Source: Octopus bimaculoides (taxonomy: Eukaryota). Taken from it: a stretch of 64,000 bases of DNA. Below the pieces are notes generated by a model. It worked only from the letters and a program-made list of their open reading frames with translations. It was not told the origin of the DNA and did not search any database. The DNA lies in contig NC_069001.1 of assembly GCF_001194135.2 (NCBI RefSeq), forward strand, positions 39,295,211 through 39,359,210, in the 5' to 3' direction. This document shows positions 50,680 to 64,000 of this stretch, in pieces (position 1 is the first letter of the stretch; each line of letters begins with the position of its first letter). The position numbers and the translations under genes are program-made.

Positions 50680-53600
50680 CACGTTCGTCGCATGTATACG
50701 CACTTCTAAGTGGTTTTTTTTTGTGTGTATTGGTTTGATTACTATATTGTTTGTATGCGTCGTTTTTATAGTTTTTTTTTCTTTCTTTCTTTCATCTGCT
50801 TGTTTATCTCTATTTCTTGTATTTCATCATATGTATGGGAATACATGGGTTTATGTATTATGCTGTTTGTATGTCTATCACTTTTTTCCTTCCCTTCTGC
50901 CCTTAATCGTTGTGTTGCGTAATGTGGTGGTGGTGGTGGTGTGTGTTATTGTTTCGTAAACGTAATATCAGAGTATATTTTACCTAAATTTCTTTCTCGT
51001 ATCTGTTGTTTAATTACTAAAACTTCAACTTTCATTAAACTTGTGAATTATTTGTCGTCCCCAAATAGACTTTCTGACAGAGTTGTTTTCCTCAAAATTT
51101 GAAAATATATAATTTTTGATGAAATTTTGCAGAAATACTTTATCGAATGTAACAATTTCGTGTCCTCCCCATTCTGACATCGGCTCCACATAACTTTCTT
51201 AATAATATAATTCTTTTTTTTATTCTGAAAGAAAAGAATTCCACATCACATTTTCTTTTTATTTATCAAATTTCCAGAGATATGAACTAAAGACGTGATA
51301 ATGAAAGAATTAGCGAACAATAAGATACAATATTGAAAATGTTGGGTTCTTTTCTACAGTTCCAATTAATCTCTTTTGCACATTTTTTTTTTCATTTGAT
51401 GAAAAAAACTACTTTTAACGAGGATTTTTTGTTATCATAGTTCTTCTTTATCAAGATATTATTTTTTTTCTTTTTGTCTAGTCACGAAATTAAAATTAGA
51501 AAAAGTAGGATCGAAAGCTTCACACATCTGAGAAATCTGAAAATTATTCAATTTATGTACATTAAAACTAAAATTAAATATATTCTACATTTTTGTGTAT
51601 AAAATGACTTCATCAGAACTTGGCATATTTAAAGTTATTCCATGTATTTGGCGCTCGGGCAAATCTGGGTAACCCCGCTTATCTATTGACACGACAATGT
51701 ACGCATGAGAAAGAAAGGACCAAGCAACAGTGGTTTAGTTGCACGTACCATGGTTTCCATTGCTGTTTGAAAGTATCTGACATGGAGAGCAGCTATCCCT
51801 AAGTTCATACTGCTCCCACCCTATACCCAGTGTAGTGCACAGGACGTAAGTAATAGAAAGGTTTTACCAATACAAAATTGGTCCTAATTTCACCTGACCC
51901 CGCTGGAGCAACTGTGAAATTATATTTTGATAGTAATGTAACAAGCCGCCCCACCCATGAGTCGCACCAACGCCTTTATGGTCATGAGCATTCGAAACTA
52001 TATATCTTGAAGGGAGTATGTTCACGCTAGCGTGTGTGTGTGTCTCTGTGTATATACATGTATGCGTGTGTATATGTGTGTGCGCACACGTATATACGTG
52101 CACATGTATGTCCGTGTACATATGTGGGTGTTCACGTTTCTTTATATGCGTGTATACATGTGCGTTTGTCTTCATAAGTGTATACGTACACGTGTGTACA
52201 TGTGTAAATCACTATATCTTTGTGTGTAATTTCGTTTATCCAGTGTAAACTGTTGTGTCGCTTTATGTCAGACTGTTATCCAGCGTTTCAATAAATAATA
52301 TCGCTAAAATAATAACGAAATTGTAATAATTAGTCGGACGGATATGAGCGTCTATAATGTTTGAATGTGTTGCGTCAGCGTAGCCGCAGTCTGATAATTG
52401 AAGCCAGTGACAGAAAGGTGAGCGAATTTTCATTGAAATCCTTTATATCAAAATCACAGATCAATAATTAATGATATTGACCTGCAATGAAAGAGATCTT
52501 TAGTTTTGTTTCGCTTCAAGAATAATGAAATGTTAATTGCTGTCAAAGAGAGAATTGCGTTTCTGCGACATCAAACTCGTTCAGGTTTGTTACACGTTGG
52601 ACACAGATCACTTAAAAAGTTGCCCATCTCTAACTAATCCAATATATTCAGAAACTAATTTACATAAACGTGCATACCATTTAAATTGAATATCTTGGAT
52701 TAATCAATGACGTAGGGACAACGCTAATTACGTTTTTTTGTTGTTTTTTTTCTGGGGCTGTGGAAACTAGTGGGAGGAATTATCAGTGAACCAGAGACAG
52801 ACATTGATTGGTTGTATCGATTGGTCGTAACCGTGAACTCGGCCAAACGTATTCAGAGACTTAGAGTTAAACAAAGCAAGCCCCCAACGCCAGCCCCAGC
52901 CGCCGCCAACGTGATTTCCCTTCATCAAATTTTCATTCAGATTGGAATCGAGGTCGTTAGAAGATACGCGGCCGACATGTCGCATAGTCAGCTTGAATTG
53001 CAAATGATATTTTTGATGTCATTTTGTCAGGGTCTTTCGGCAGTGGATGCATTGGTCGCTCTGTGGTCGTGAGTATATATACATATCTATGGGAGATAAA
53101 TAGATGTTTACATACAAGTTTGAAGATACGTCACCGACTTCCTCACAGTTTCCATGAAATAAATGCCATTCGCAAATCGATGTTTATGAAGACATTCTTC
53201 TGAAAAGCGCTTTACTCTTGGACCGGAACTAAAACCGCGTCGTTTCGAAATGACATCCTTAGGCACCAAATTCTTGCAAGCAGGTCAAGCGTAAACACAG
53301 GTTACTCTGGTATTCTGTTTGCTAAATGTTCCAGTGACTGAATCTATGTTGTCGTTGGTTAAACACTGGAAGCAAACAAAAGCAACATTTGAAACGGAAG
53401 CCATCAGATACTAGCCATGGTATTTTATTCAATGCTCTGGGGATGGCGGTAGGGGCGGGGTTGGTAAGAGTACCCCCGTTCTAATTCTCCGTTTATTTTA
53501 AACATATTGTCAGCAGGATGAGGTTTATATTTATTTAAACAACATTTTTCTATTCAGTTCGTATCACCTCCATCAAACTTATTTCTCACCTTCACCCCCC

Positions 53601-53939
53601 CCCCCACCGACGCCATTAACCTGGTGGCTCCAATTCAGTTCAATCAACCGATACAAACAAAACAGTCATCGATTTGTTATGATTGAAAAATTATGGAAAC
53701 TAAATGGGGAACCAAATTGAAAGCTCTCAAAACATCGATAATAAATGAAAACAACAACGCTGGAGGCGGCGGTGATGGTCATGGTGGAGCGGTGCTCACA
53801 ATGGGGATAATGTTAGTGGTGGGAGGAGGAAGAGAAAGGTGTTGGTCAAATGTTCAATTTAACTCCATTAAGGTCTTTCTTAATAATTTGAAATTGAAAC
53901 TTAGCAGAATGGGGGGAGTTTCTCTTCTCTCTATATTTA

Positions 53940-54189
53940 CCTCCCACCTCTCACTCGCTCTCTCTCATCCTCTCTCTCATCCTCTCTCTNNNNNNNNNNT
54001 CTCTCTCATCCTCTCTCTCATCCTCTCTCTCGTGGTTTTCTCCCTCCTTTTCTCGAATCCTTGCTGCTTCTTCCCCCCTCTCTCTCTGTCTCGCTCTATC
54101 TGTTTTTCTCTCTCGCACTGTTTAACTCTCTCTCTCTCTCTCTTGCTCTGCCTCGCTGTCTTTCCATCACTGTCTCTCGGTCGCAGTCA

Positions 54190-54221
<32 letters not shown>

Positions 54222-54413
54222 GTCACTCTCTCTCATTCTCTCCCTCTCTGTCACTGTCTCTCTCTGTCACTGTCTCTCTCTGTCACTGTCTTTCTCTGTC
54301 GCTGCCCCCTCTCTCTCTCTGTCACTCTCTCTCTCTCACACTATTTCCCTCACTTTCCCTCTCTGTCGCTATTACACACACACACACACACACTCTCTCT
54401 CTCTCTCTCTCTA

Positions 54414-54450
<37 letters not shown>

Positions 54451-54500
54451 GTGTGTCTCTCTCTCTTTCTCACTTTCACTCTTTCTATCACTCTCGCTGT
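53940..54500. repeat. Extended CT-rich low-complexity tract with 10-12-bp subrepeats (ctctctcatc, tctctctgtcac)
   Basis: Visible; similar pyrimidine tracts at 39230-39560 and 49700-49910, and a purine tract at 56470-56650. Confidence 0.9.
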
Positions 54501-54970
54501 CTGTCTGTTACTTTCGTTCTAACACACTTTTATTGAGACAGAACGAGAGGTATTTGATACCAAATTAAGAGCAGTTTTGAAATAATGTTCAAACCATTAA
54601 AGATAAAGTGATAATTCTATTGAACCACCAACTACATAGGAAATGACGAGAGAAGGTTAAAAAAAAAAGATGTTGTGATTGGTTGGAATGTAACCAATCC
54701 TATTCCGGTAGATATGTGAATCATTTTGTTATGATTCACGTGTCAGATCCAGAGAAGTCAAATTGATCAATGGATACCGGCCTCTTTTGTATGTATCAAA
54801 ATCTACAATTGCAGTGTGTTTTTACTTATTCAAGATTCTAGGCTGCGGTTCGTGGGAAGCTTTTGGAAGCAAGTTCATTGTGCAATCGCTGTTTCAACCA
54901 CGATATCTTTCAAAAGGTTATTGTATTGTTTTGCGCTGTGTGTTTGTTGTCAATATTGCCTTTTAACCCT

Positions 54971-55115
54971 AAGGCAGCAGCTTGACAAAATCGTTGGCAC
55001 GTCGGACAAAATGCTAATCGGTATTTCTTCCGGTTCTTTACATTCTGGAATCAAATTCCGCCAAGATCGACTTTGCCTTTCATGTTTTGAGATCGATAAA
55101 TAAAGTACAAGCTGA
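54971..55115 (+). mobile_element. SINE family A copy
   Basis: aaggcagcagcttgacaaaatcgttggcacgtcggacaaaatgct...tcaaattccgccaagatcgactttgcctttcat. Confidence 0.8.
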
Positions 55116-55436
55116 ACAATGAGGTTGAAGCAATCGTTTTCCGTCTCACTCCAAATTGGTGACCTTGTACCAAAATATGAAATCATTTTGTGTATAAAAA
55201 TTCTTGCAATATTTAGAAAGGTGACAATTTCTGAATCACTGTTTCCATACAAATGACAACAGTATCTGCATGGTTTTTCATTTCTTGTATTAGCTTTCTG
55301 TCTCCCAAAGAGGACCTGAAAGAAATAAGTTTTTTTTTTAATTGGTTTTTATTTTCATTCTCCTCAAATATCCCTCGCACATTGTATATATGAAAACTTA
55401 ATAAAACTATATGTATAAAGATTGAAGTTAAAAATG

Positions 55437-55477
<41 letters not shown>

Positions 55478-58427
55478 GTGCATATATATGTATTTGTACA
55501 TGGCACTTAGAAGCAATTGTATGTATACACACACACACCTTCTCCAGCAGCTTCTTGTATTTTCTCCGGAAACAATCGCTCTCAGATCAACCTGAACTAA
55601 GAATGTCACAGAAAGCCGAAATCCAAGAATCCTTATTAATTACGGAACTAATTCCGGCTAATTCCAGCTACAATCCATGAAAAGCTGTAATATTTGATTT
55701 AAGAAAAACACCTCACATTCTTTCATCGATCTTAATGTTTTGTTTTCCTTCTTTCATCACAATTCTTCCGCTCTTCACCGATAGATTCTCTATTTTCATC
55801 TCCTTGTTCTTTGCTAAACAACAAAACCTAAAAGCAAGGAAAGTAATGATCTCTCAATCCTGCCGTATTTCCTCTTCTCATCTCATTACTTATTGCTGCT
55901 GTATTTTTAATCTGATCACCTCTTCTCAACAAACACACATTAATCAACGCTTCTCACGTTTTCTCTTGTTTCTCTTTCTGTGTTTTTGTTGAAATTTATT
56001 CCCAGATTTATTTCGCCGTATGCCATCCCTTTTTCCCTACTTTACCTACCAGGTTAGCTAGCTTGCTAATTAATTAACTCCATTTACACCAATAACTCCC
56101 CCGCTCCTACTTTCAACAACACGCTGAAATTAGCTGAGTGCTTGACAAACACGTTCATGTATTCACACATACACACACACACACATACACACGCACACGG
56201 GTAATCACGTGTATGATTACACACACGTATATAGAAACGTGTGCTAGTACATATCAACATATATGTATTTATACACACCCATTCACACATAGACACACAT
56301 ATACATATATACGCATACACACACACACACACACACAACATTGCTACAATAAAATAACTCTTCAAATATCACTATGGAAGCTGCGAGAGAAAGCGTGGGA
56401 AAGAGAGGTTGGGGGAGGGGAAATGGTGGACGGTAGGAGAGACTGTGGTAATGTAATTTCATTGATTAGAATAATAGAAGGAGGAGGAGGAGGGGAGAAG
56501 ATGGAGGAGAAGGAGGGAGAGGGTGGAGGAGAAGGAGGGAGAGATGATGAAAGAAGAGGAGAGAGGGAGATGAGAGAAAGGAAGGAACGCGATGAAAGAA
56601 AAAGGAGTGAATGAAAAGAAAGAGAAAATGAAAGGAGGGAGGTAATGAAAGAAGGTTCGGTTGACATAGAAGGACTGGTTAAAGTGGGACACGTTGAGGG
56701 CGGCATTAATGAGGTGTGTCTTAAGATTTGTCGCTGATTAATCAATCATTTCATTGAGGACATAAAATTTTCAGGTAAAGAAACCCCAGGTTTTTTGCGA
56801 ATCATTCAGAAAGAATGAAACGGCAGAAGATATTAGCAGTATCCATGATTGGCAGGTGTGTGTGTGTGTGTGGGGGGGGTGATCTATGCGGTCGCATGAA
56901 CGGTGAAAATAACTACGAAACGTTCCTCAAATCACACAGTAAGATACATTACTCGATAGTGTTCCAGGTTTTCTTGATCGTAGGATAAAACGGAATGGTC
57001 TCTACCGGAGTTCTTTTGTTCATAGGCCTGTTTGTAGATGACCATGGGCTAAAGAACAACGATGAGCTTCAGCTGTTTGATCGCCCCACCCCCACTGGAT
57101 TTGCGTTTGTGGAATTATTATGCAAGTGGTCGAGAATTCCACACATCCTATCAACAGGACACATTCCGTGATAATTCTATTCAGAATCCAGATCAAGAAA
57201 CGCAGAACCGATTCAGTATTGTTTCGGTATTTTATCGATTGATTTGAAATCGATGGTTCGATGAAACACTACAGCAGTGTTCGTTGCCGTCCTTGAGACG
57301 AGTACTCGGTGAGGCCAATATCTATTGTTCGGAGATGAGGGCACAGTGCTCTTTATCGGTCTGCGTCTCACTGTCAACATCCTCTTCTCGTCAACTTCTT
57401 CCCCAATGGGGCCTAGTTTTTCTTCCACCACAAACAATCAAATATGTCGACATTTCACACGAAAACTTCAATAATAAACGTTTTATATGTTGGCAGTTGA
57501 TTTTTAAGTCGCCGCCTTGAAGCTTCTTTTGAATCTTGTTCCTCTTAACAACACACTTTAAGAATTCTTTAAATGTTTCCAACCCGTCACCGCTGCTGAT
57601 GTAACACATCCACCTCATCGATATTTAATCTTCTCCGTGCAAGATTCCAGTCCTGGGCAGCGATTCGTGATGCATTCTAAATCCAAAATAGGATAGATTT
57701 TTTTTTTGTGAAGTTGATTCTCGACGCTTAGTGTCTTTGAAATTCATTGGACAGCAACATTTGTTACCTTGTCTTCCTACTTTCTAGCTTTTCCTGCCGA
57801 ATCTGCGAAATATATATATTACAGCATAAATCTTAGATTTCCACCTGCACAGTCTGGCTGTAAATAAATTAAAATTATTTCTTTACCCTAGGTCGTCGTA
57901 GGCGAATGCATTCGTTTATAAATGTTTACTGTGGACAAAAGCAGAGTGATGATCAGTTGATCTAGAATTTTATTGTCATTCCGAACACGTCAGGAAACCT
58001 TTGTCTTTCACTTAACTGTCGACAGGAAAATTGTATTTGTTGTCAGTATAGTCAAAATGCTTGTTTAATTGGGTAGACACCGGTTTGTTAAAATGGGTAC
58101 ACCAATTTACCAATTTACATAATTGCTGCATCCTTGGCATTTAGTTTCATTAAATTACCAAGCTAGAATCTAGTTGGAGCGGTTTTTAAAATTATTTTTT
58201 GTGATCAACTTGAAATTGTATCAACAAATTCAGCTGTTTGTAAATGTTCATTATGTTAAATTAAGTAGATTAGATTTATTCTGTAGGAAATCAGTTTCTT
58301 AAGCGAAATGATCGGTCGTCAACCCTACATTATGAGATAACCACTTGCTTTAATATATATATGATAAGTATGCATGTATATACTAATGTATGTGTATCCG
58401 TGTGTGTATATATGTGTGTATGTATTA

Positions 58428-58597
58428 CAGTCGTGGTCAAAAGTTTGGAACAGTTTTGGAAATTAAAATTCTTATACCCTCCATATTAGTGTAAGTAGTA
58501 ATAATATATTGCAAATTAATTACGGAGAGGGAGCGCTAAGCATTACAAATAATGAAAACATTTTCAGATCTCTGTTCCAAACTTTTCCTCACAACTG
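58428..58597. mobile_element. Tc1/mariner-type MITE, 170 bp, TA target site
   Basis: TA|CAGTCGTGGTCAAAAGTTTGGAACAG ... CTGTTCCAAACTTTTCCTCACAACTG|TA; 26-bp TIRs match at 22/26. Confidence 0.85.
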
Positions 58598-58744
58598 TAT
58601 TATAGCATGTAACCTTTGCTTTTAACGCGCCGTAAAAAAAAGTACTCAACGCAACAAGCAAATGTAAAAGTTTATTGAAGATGTTTAACTCTGATTTTTC
58701 TGGTGTGTAGCCGTTTGTGCAGCCTAAGCACACACGCACACATG

Positions 58745-58775
<31 letters not shown>

Positions 58776-60126
58776 ACCCGTGTGTAGATAAGCTGTGTAC
58801 CTTGTGCCACGTTGCGCTGCAGCTCTAAATAGAAGACGATAAGATTGAGAAAGTAATGAATTGCATTTTGAAGAACAGAGAACCGTTAAATTCTATGAGG
58901 ATTGCGGTGTTAGTCGCAGAGAAAGACAAAATAATTCTTCTGAGATTGTGTGAGAAGCTGGAATATAAAGAGATTATTATAAGATGTCACTTTTACGTCA
59001 TTGGAAAATAAAAAGGGCTATTTGCTTGTAAAGTATAAAAATTTCAAGATATTTGTCAGGAAATAAATGGAAGAGTAGGGGTTACACTCTAGGGAATGGT
59101 CGGACAACGAATAAATACATCAATTTTGTGAAAACTGCTAATTTTGTTTATACAATAACAATCAATGCATCTTCTCGTTAACTCGTTCAATATCCTTAAT
59201 CTTAAACAGTAGATTTCTTTTGTCAAGATTTTCATTTATCAATTTAATGTTGCAGAAATTTGTTGCACAAACCGAGGCTCCTTTCAATGGAAATGATTTG
59301 AAAAATTCATCCAAAATATTTCAACACAAATCTATATCACTTTCCATTCAATTGAAGTTTCTCTGCAATTCCTGAGGGAGGAACGCCGCCATTTTTGTCT
59401 ATTCTCTGACAAATATCTCTGCAGAATGAACCATAGAATCGAAGAAGATATCGGAAACTAAACTTGCTCTACAGTGGTTGATTTATAAACAAAGTTAAAT
59501 CGACAATTAGATAAATGGAGTATAGTATAATATGGTTTAAAATGTTTCTGTCACATTGAGCAGAAATGTCTGACAAGATAATTATTAATAACATGCTGAT
59601 AAGACAATAAACTACGTTGTAATATCATCCTGACGATATAATACTGTTAAGGAAACAACTGTGTTCTAGTAACATTCACAAAGTGAGAAAAGAGGGGTAA
59701 GGTTAGGGTTAGCAACATACAAAACAAGGTGTGTTCATCTTTTTTCTGACTTCAGCAGAAAGTTTAGAATATGGGAGAAAAGGTATGGAAGGAGTTCAGT
59801 AGATTAAATCGATCTCAGAACCTGCTTGTTTAATACTTTAATTTAGCCAAGTCGAAGGGATAAGAGGCTAAGTTGAACACGGCCGGATTCAAACATAAAA
59901 GATCGTAATTTTGCCAATGTACAAATCTCAAATGTAGTACTCATTATAACTGTAATTATAATAAGCGTAATTGAAATTGAAATTAAATGAAACAAAAGAG
60001 GAAATTCTATAATTTCGGTTTCAGTCCCTTCAACAACGACAAAACACATTTTTCCCTTATTGTCGCTAAATTCCGGATGATAGCAACCTCAATTATTTTT
60101 CCTTTCGCAGTAAATAGTTCACGGAC

Positions 60127-60171
<45 letters not shown>

Positions 60172-61189
60172 CAATTGTATATTAACATAACATTGTAATG
60201 ACTAGAACTATTCACCCGGTTTATCAGCACCACGGTATGAGTCTTGGGTTTGTTTTAGCGCAGTGTATCCCGTTGCAAGCTCGTTGGGTTTGTATTCGCA
60301 GCTGTGCATAATTACTTTTCTTTCCATTCTTTTGGAAACATTATCAAAGTCATTGGGGCAGCATTTTCGATAAAGATATTAAAAATATATGAATTACAAA
60401 CACACATACAAATTTTGTGTATATATATATATGTGTACGGGAGAGGAATAGGTTTCCCAATCTTAATAAGTAGAATCATAAAATGAAATCAAGCAGGGTT
60501 TTCATTTTCGAAATATTTTCAAAATTTTAATGCAATTTAATCTTCAATATTTGGCAGAATTTGCTTTTTTTCCCCCTGAAGACATCTAAAGAGACTGTTG
60601 GTAATATTGTTCCTAAAATCGAAATTCAATATCTTAAAGTAATTTGCTGATATCGTTTATTTCAACAACATTAACAAAACCCATAATCAACAGCAACAAC
60701 ACCAACAGCAATAAATAAAATACAAAACGCTACTAAAACCAGCAACAAAGATGGCAACATCAATCAAGAAAAAAATCCAATGATTTTTATTATTATTTTT
60801 TTTATATATAATCATATTTTGTTTACTTGTTAAACTGTCATGGAGCTGCTGCCTCGCTCTAACCATTACAATTATACCGTTTTGTCTGCCGTCACCTCTT
60901 CTCATTTCAATTGCTTTTTATTGTGTTTCTGTAACTCTGTTCGATGCCAATGTGTTCCAACCTTCTTTGAGTTGCTGAAATCACTTTTATTTATAATTCT
61001 GATATTTCTGTGAAATTTACACGGAATTAGTTTGGCATTTGCACCAAGTCTTTTTTTTAGGTCATTTAATGTCTGAGAGGAAGAAATGCACCACCGATGA
61101 TACGTTTCATGAACTGTGGTCGAAGAGAGGAACAAAACAAATTATTCAAAGACCGGAAGAACTGCAACAATGGCATAGCTGATGGATTT

Positions 61190-61300
61190 CCATAGCATCC
61201 GTTTACCAAATTTCACTTGCAATTTTTTGCTTAACTCAAGCTTTTTGTAGAAACCAGTAGCCAAATTATACTATGCGGCAGGATCGAACTAGCCATTTTG
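61190..61300 (-). mobile_element. Degenerate SINE family B head
   Basis: ttccatagcatccgtttaccaaatttcact..tagaaaccagtagccaa..gcggcaggatcgaact resembles 10843-10998. Confidence 0.45.
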
Positions 61301-61763
61301 TATAAGTTTGTCGTCACTTTAACGGCTTCACACATTTGGCATATGGCACGCCTGTTGCAATAATTTTTATCCTGACATAACTTGATGTGCAGTTGCATTT
61401 CCTGCTACCATTGTTTTTCATAGAACCTCAAACTGATGTCAGACCGTCTCTGCACTCAGTCGGACGATACCACGCGTCTGCAACAAAACCGGAATTTCCG
61501 TACTTACATAGAGTTGGAGCAGAGGCAAAATTAGTTAGGATTCCTCCTCTGACTGCATGCCTCTGTCCTTCATTGAGGTGCTCTATAAGGGGAGGGCCTC
61601 ATCTTTGTCTATTATTGTGTGTCTTGTTTATTGTAGCGCTCCTAGAATATGGTATAGCATCTGTAACATTTTGGCTCAAAAGTTGATCTTAATCGACTGT
61701 CACCACACTCACACATGTCTGCGTGTATGCATTTTTGTATATGCATGTATGTATGTTTATGCG

Positions 61764-61817
<54 letters not shown>

Positions 61818-63289
61818 ACTCTTTTGTTTCCGCATCCACAGAAAGTGTAACACCACGTATTATATTCTCCCTTTCCTGCTGTCAACCAATTCCTTTCCAT
61901 CCATTAATCATGCCAACATTATTACAGGATCGCGTCTCTCCATCTTCCATTGCACTGTCCACATTTTCTATTTCGAGGTATCGGATTCTTCAAAATAGGT
62001 TCAGAGTCGCTTTTATCTTTACAATGAAGTTGTAGCTGTTTCAGTTTTCGTGGTTCTAATATGTTTAACTCTGTCAGGTGTTCACCAGTAATAAATCTTC
62101 CAACATGGCTTTGAAATATTGTCATCATTGAAGCTTGTTCTTTTTTCAGGCCAGCATCATATGCAATCCAATTCATAAATGGGTTTAGGGCGAATGTAAA
62201 TGTTCCATATGTATACAGTGTGTGTGTGTGTGGGGGGGGGATGTGTGTCTGTATATGTGACTGCCTGCCTGTATATGCTTATACAAGTTTATATTGGGCA
62301 TATCTATAAATTTGGCGTATCAAAATGACTATTTACATATATACATGCACATGCACACACACACACACATACACATAGATATATATACAATGGGTGTTGA
62401 GAAAATTTTTTACATTTTCTGTGTGAACAAAATGTCAAAGACGAACGGTTTGTAATGGTAGAATCCTTGAAATTAAATGTCGGTGGATCAAATGGTTAGG
62501 CCGAGCACCAAGTATGGTGGTGCAGGTTACCTAAGGTAGCCTTGCGGTGATTATCACCTAGAAAATGAAAGCATGGACACCAAAATACACTTGTGGTAGA
62601 ACAAGTGAAGGTGAACTAATAGAAGTACAGCTTGTATGAAAGAAGACACCAAACTGCTTAGGCTCCACTTGAATGGTATCCATCAGTTGAAGTCTTGTCT
62701 TCCAGTTAGAAGGAAGAGGGTTAAGGCGAAAATATAAAATATTAATCTTTATGGAATGGGAGGCGACGATGGAAATGGGAAGTATTTAATGGAGGACTTG
62801 ACAAGAAGATGAAACTAAATTCTCTCAGACATTAGTTTTCTGCCATCTCATTCCTGCCTCTCTGCTGTTTCCATCTATCATTGCTAGTGTAATATTAATA
62901 AATATATAATAGCGAACCTAATTGACTGGAGAAAGTTATGAAGGGAAATATTAATGATGACTTTCAAGTAATCGATTTAAAAATCACTTAAGAAATATTG
63001 ATTATTGAATCAATAAAGTAGTTTTCACTAAATATTAGTCTAACAATTATGCAGGTCAGCTGACCTCTTAGTCTAAGGCAATATGAAAGTATAATGGGTG
63101 GACCTTTCGGAGGAAATATTCCTATGATGTAGATAAAAACAAGAGAAAGTGTTAATTTATTGATTTCGTATCGATTTCTGTGTTTTGACACAAGATTACA
63201 ATAGAACAACAATCTATCGAAAACTTTGAGGAAAGCTGCAGGTGTTTTGAGCTGCTGTTGTTTGAAAACTTGATGCACACTGAGGGGGG

Positions 63290-63500
63290 TCGGAGTGTGA
63301 GGTTGAATTTTACACCGCAATTCCTTAGGTTTTGGGTTCAATCCAACTGCTGAACCCTTTGGTAACTGTCACCTAGAACTCAGATGAACCACTATCTTAT
63401 TTGAGTATCGTATGACTCAGTCAGGACTCCTGTTCGTAATTTAGTGGCTTTGGGTTCGATCTTTGTGATGGCATCTTGAGCAAGTGACTTGAGCCTCACA
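63290..63500 (+). mobile_element. Degenerate tRNA-derived SINE heads
   Basis: B-box-like ggttcaatcc (about 63335) and gggttcgatc followed by CORE-like ttgagcaagtgactt (about 63480). Confidence 0.4.
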
Positions 63501-63724
63501 TGTCCTCAAATTGATTAACCACAAAATTGTGACGTCTGCGAGAGTAAAGTAAATATATGACCCAGTTTAACATCTCTAGAGGAGCCCACCCTGCCATACG
63601 TATCGGGGTAAGACCTTCGGCCTCGGGACGACGACTTGCCCTCCTCCTCACCAGTATTTCAAACCCTAAATGACGCTCAGAGGCGCTGCCCTGCCTTATA
63701 TGAATCATTCGTGTTCATCCTCTC

Positions 63725-63815
63725 TAGTTTATATCTAGAACTTCATATCCTAGTGTTGCGTTAAAAGTAGAGAAGAGGGTGGTTTGGCTGTCATTTCTAG
63801 CAGGTCGTTCAACGA
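63725..63815 (+). mobile_element. Family D repeat copy
   Basis: gagggtggtttggctgtcatttctagcaggtcgttcaacg. Confidence 0.6.
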
Positions 63816-64000
63816 TTTACTTCCTTTGCTTTTCGAGTTCTTATTGTCTGGAAGTGAGGCTCTTTATCAAGCTTCTGTCCTTAATTTTTTATTTTTCATG
63901 ACACAATCACTGAAATATATTGATTAACCCCAAGTGAATACTCATCGGAAGGGACTCTGATCAAAAACATTCCAGCCGTGACCATCACGAATTTTTGTAT

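Noticed and set aside
59693-59712. Telomere-like ggttagggttag (also about 4207)
   Set aside because: Two units at most, which is chance level.
60902-61135. ORF containing IINKSD..GTHW, reminiscent of adenain-like proteases of Polintons
   Set aside because: One short motif, with no catalytic Cys region or other Polinton genes nearby.

Overview
AT-rich animal genomic DNA from a gappy draft assembly: 11 N-runs, most next to microsatellites. The SINE and repeat families and the microsatellite density point to an octopus or other cephalopod genome (inference). No host protein-coding exon is supported, and most listed ORFs are simple-repeat or N artefacts. The window looks like part of a very long intron or intergenic DNA. 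It holds at least four SINE-like families, R4/Dong and RTE LINE fragments, a truncated mariner, an internally deleted Tc1 element, a Tc1-type MITE and Penelope-type repeats with minimal hammerhead-ribozyme-like motifs. The main unexplained signal is a pair of plus-strand splicing modules 11.9 kb apart (19837-19893 and 31724-31782). Each reads GTCTAAT branch point, polypyrimidine tract, AG|GTAAGTT, 57-59 nt, CAG|GTAAGATA. This is the architecture of recursive-splicing (RS) exons. The two modules also share TTGCC and CGAAGACG at identical offsets and CCCTATA at a similar offset, which suggests a conserved exon-definition code. I know of no description of this in molluscs.
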